Positions 63,416 through 64,000 of a stretch of 64,000 bases of DNA are shown piece by piece. Source of the stretch: Gonapodya sp. JEL0774 (Eukaryota); the NCBI GenBank assembly GCA_027604505.1, contig JADIIX010000007.1, forward strand, positions 62,001-126,000. Direction: 5' to 3'. A program made the translations under genes and the position numbers. Position 1 is the stretch's first letter. Each line of letters opens with the position of its first letter. The notes under the pieces were generated by a model, which was not told the DNA's origin, did not search any database, and saw only the letters and a list, made by a program, of their open reading frames with translations.

Positions 63416-64000
63416 GAACTGGGGTGGGGTCAGACCTGTGAGCACCCAGATTTTCAGGACAACATGTGCATGTAGACAGAACAGAAGGCATAAAAAAGAT
63501 AACAGGACAACACATGTACATATTCCATTACTCTCGGGCTGCTAGCAACCTTAACTTCTCGAAGCTGCGAAGGGATATCAAAGCTCTGCAAGCCAAGCGG
63601 AGAATCCGACGGATTGCAGATACGAAGTCCCCTTAATGCAGTTCTTTTTGATGATGTAATGGTTTAATTTTATTGTTGTGAGTCAGCTATCGTGCATCCC
63701 AATTGCAAGTTACATAGAGCAGACAGGAATGATTGCGCGAAGCGAGGGTGACCTGGAAAGGGGCTGACAAGGACATAGACACCAGAATATGTGAAGTGAC
63801 CAGGGAAAGACAAAACGAACATGCGAGAATTTTCTGAATGAGATAAAGTCGGCAGGGCAATGAAAGGTCCTGGCTCTGTGGCCTGTACAGCCCTGGCAGC
63901 GCGGCACGCACCCCCAACGGGAACGAGACGGAGTACTCGGACGCAAAGGACAAACAGGATTGCGGGCGAGATCCATGAGATGATGAGTGGAAGTCAGGAT

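Noticed and set aside
1..64000. tRNA, rRNA, riboswitch or transposon sequences
   Set aside because: None recognised by eye; tRNAscan-SE, Infernal and RepeatMasker would be needed to exclude them.

Overview
Gene-dense, intron-containing eukaryotic DNA, most consistent with a zoosporic early-diverging fungus. DRC5 implies a motile flagellum, SconB and the MetR-type bZIP are fungal, and FANCD2 and PflA are retained; a Gonapodya-like monoblepharid/chytrid is my inference, not established. About 18 protein-coding genes are supportable, in order: FANCD2 (truncated at the left edge), an inversin-like ankyrin/IQ protein, MAK21/NOC1, a SAM-containing ATRX/SAD-6-like SNF2 ATPase, an unrecognised SAM/SPOC-like/AT-hook/UBA-like protein, PSMG4, a spliced pyruvate formate-lyase activating enzyme, an F-box protein, homogentisate dioxygenase, an unknown disordered protein, a MetR/CYS-3-like bZIP factor, SconB/Met30, an AIF/AMID-like oxidoreductase, DRC5, ORC3, NSRP1/CCDC55, a HEAT-repeat protein and a MATH-like/BTB protein. 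I recognised no tRNA, rRNA, CRISPR array or mobile element. The most notable features are: (1) the sulfur-regulon activator gene and its own SCF F-box inhibitor gene lie head-to-head across about 1.2 kb; (2) a bacterial-type anaerobic pflA with five exons sits in a GC-rich, long-intron domain; (3) two SAM-domain chromatin-type genes lie head-to-head about 260 bp apart. All family calls come from motif recognition by eye and recalled sequences; no search was run.
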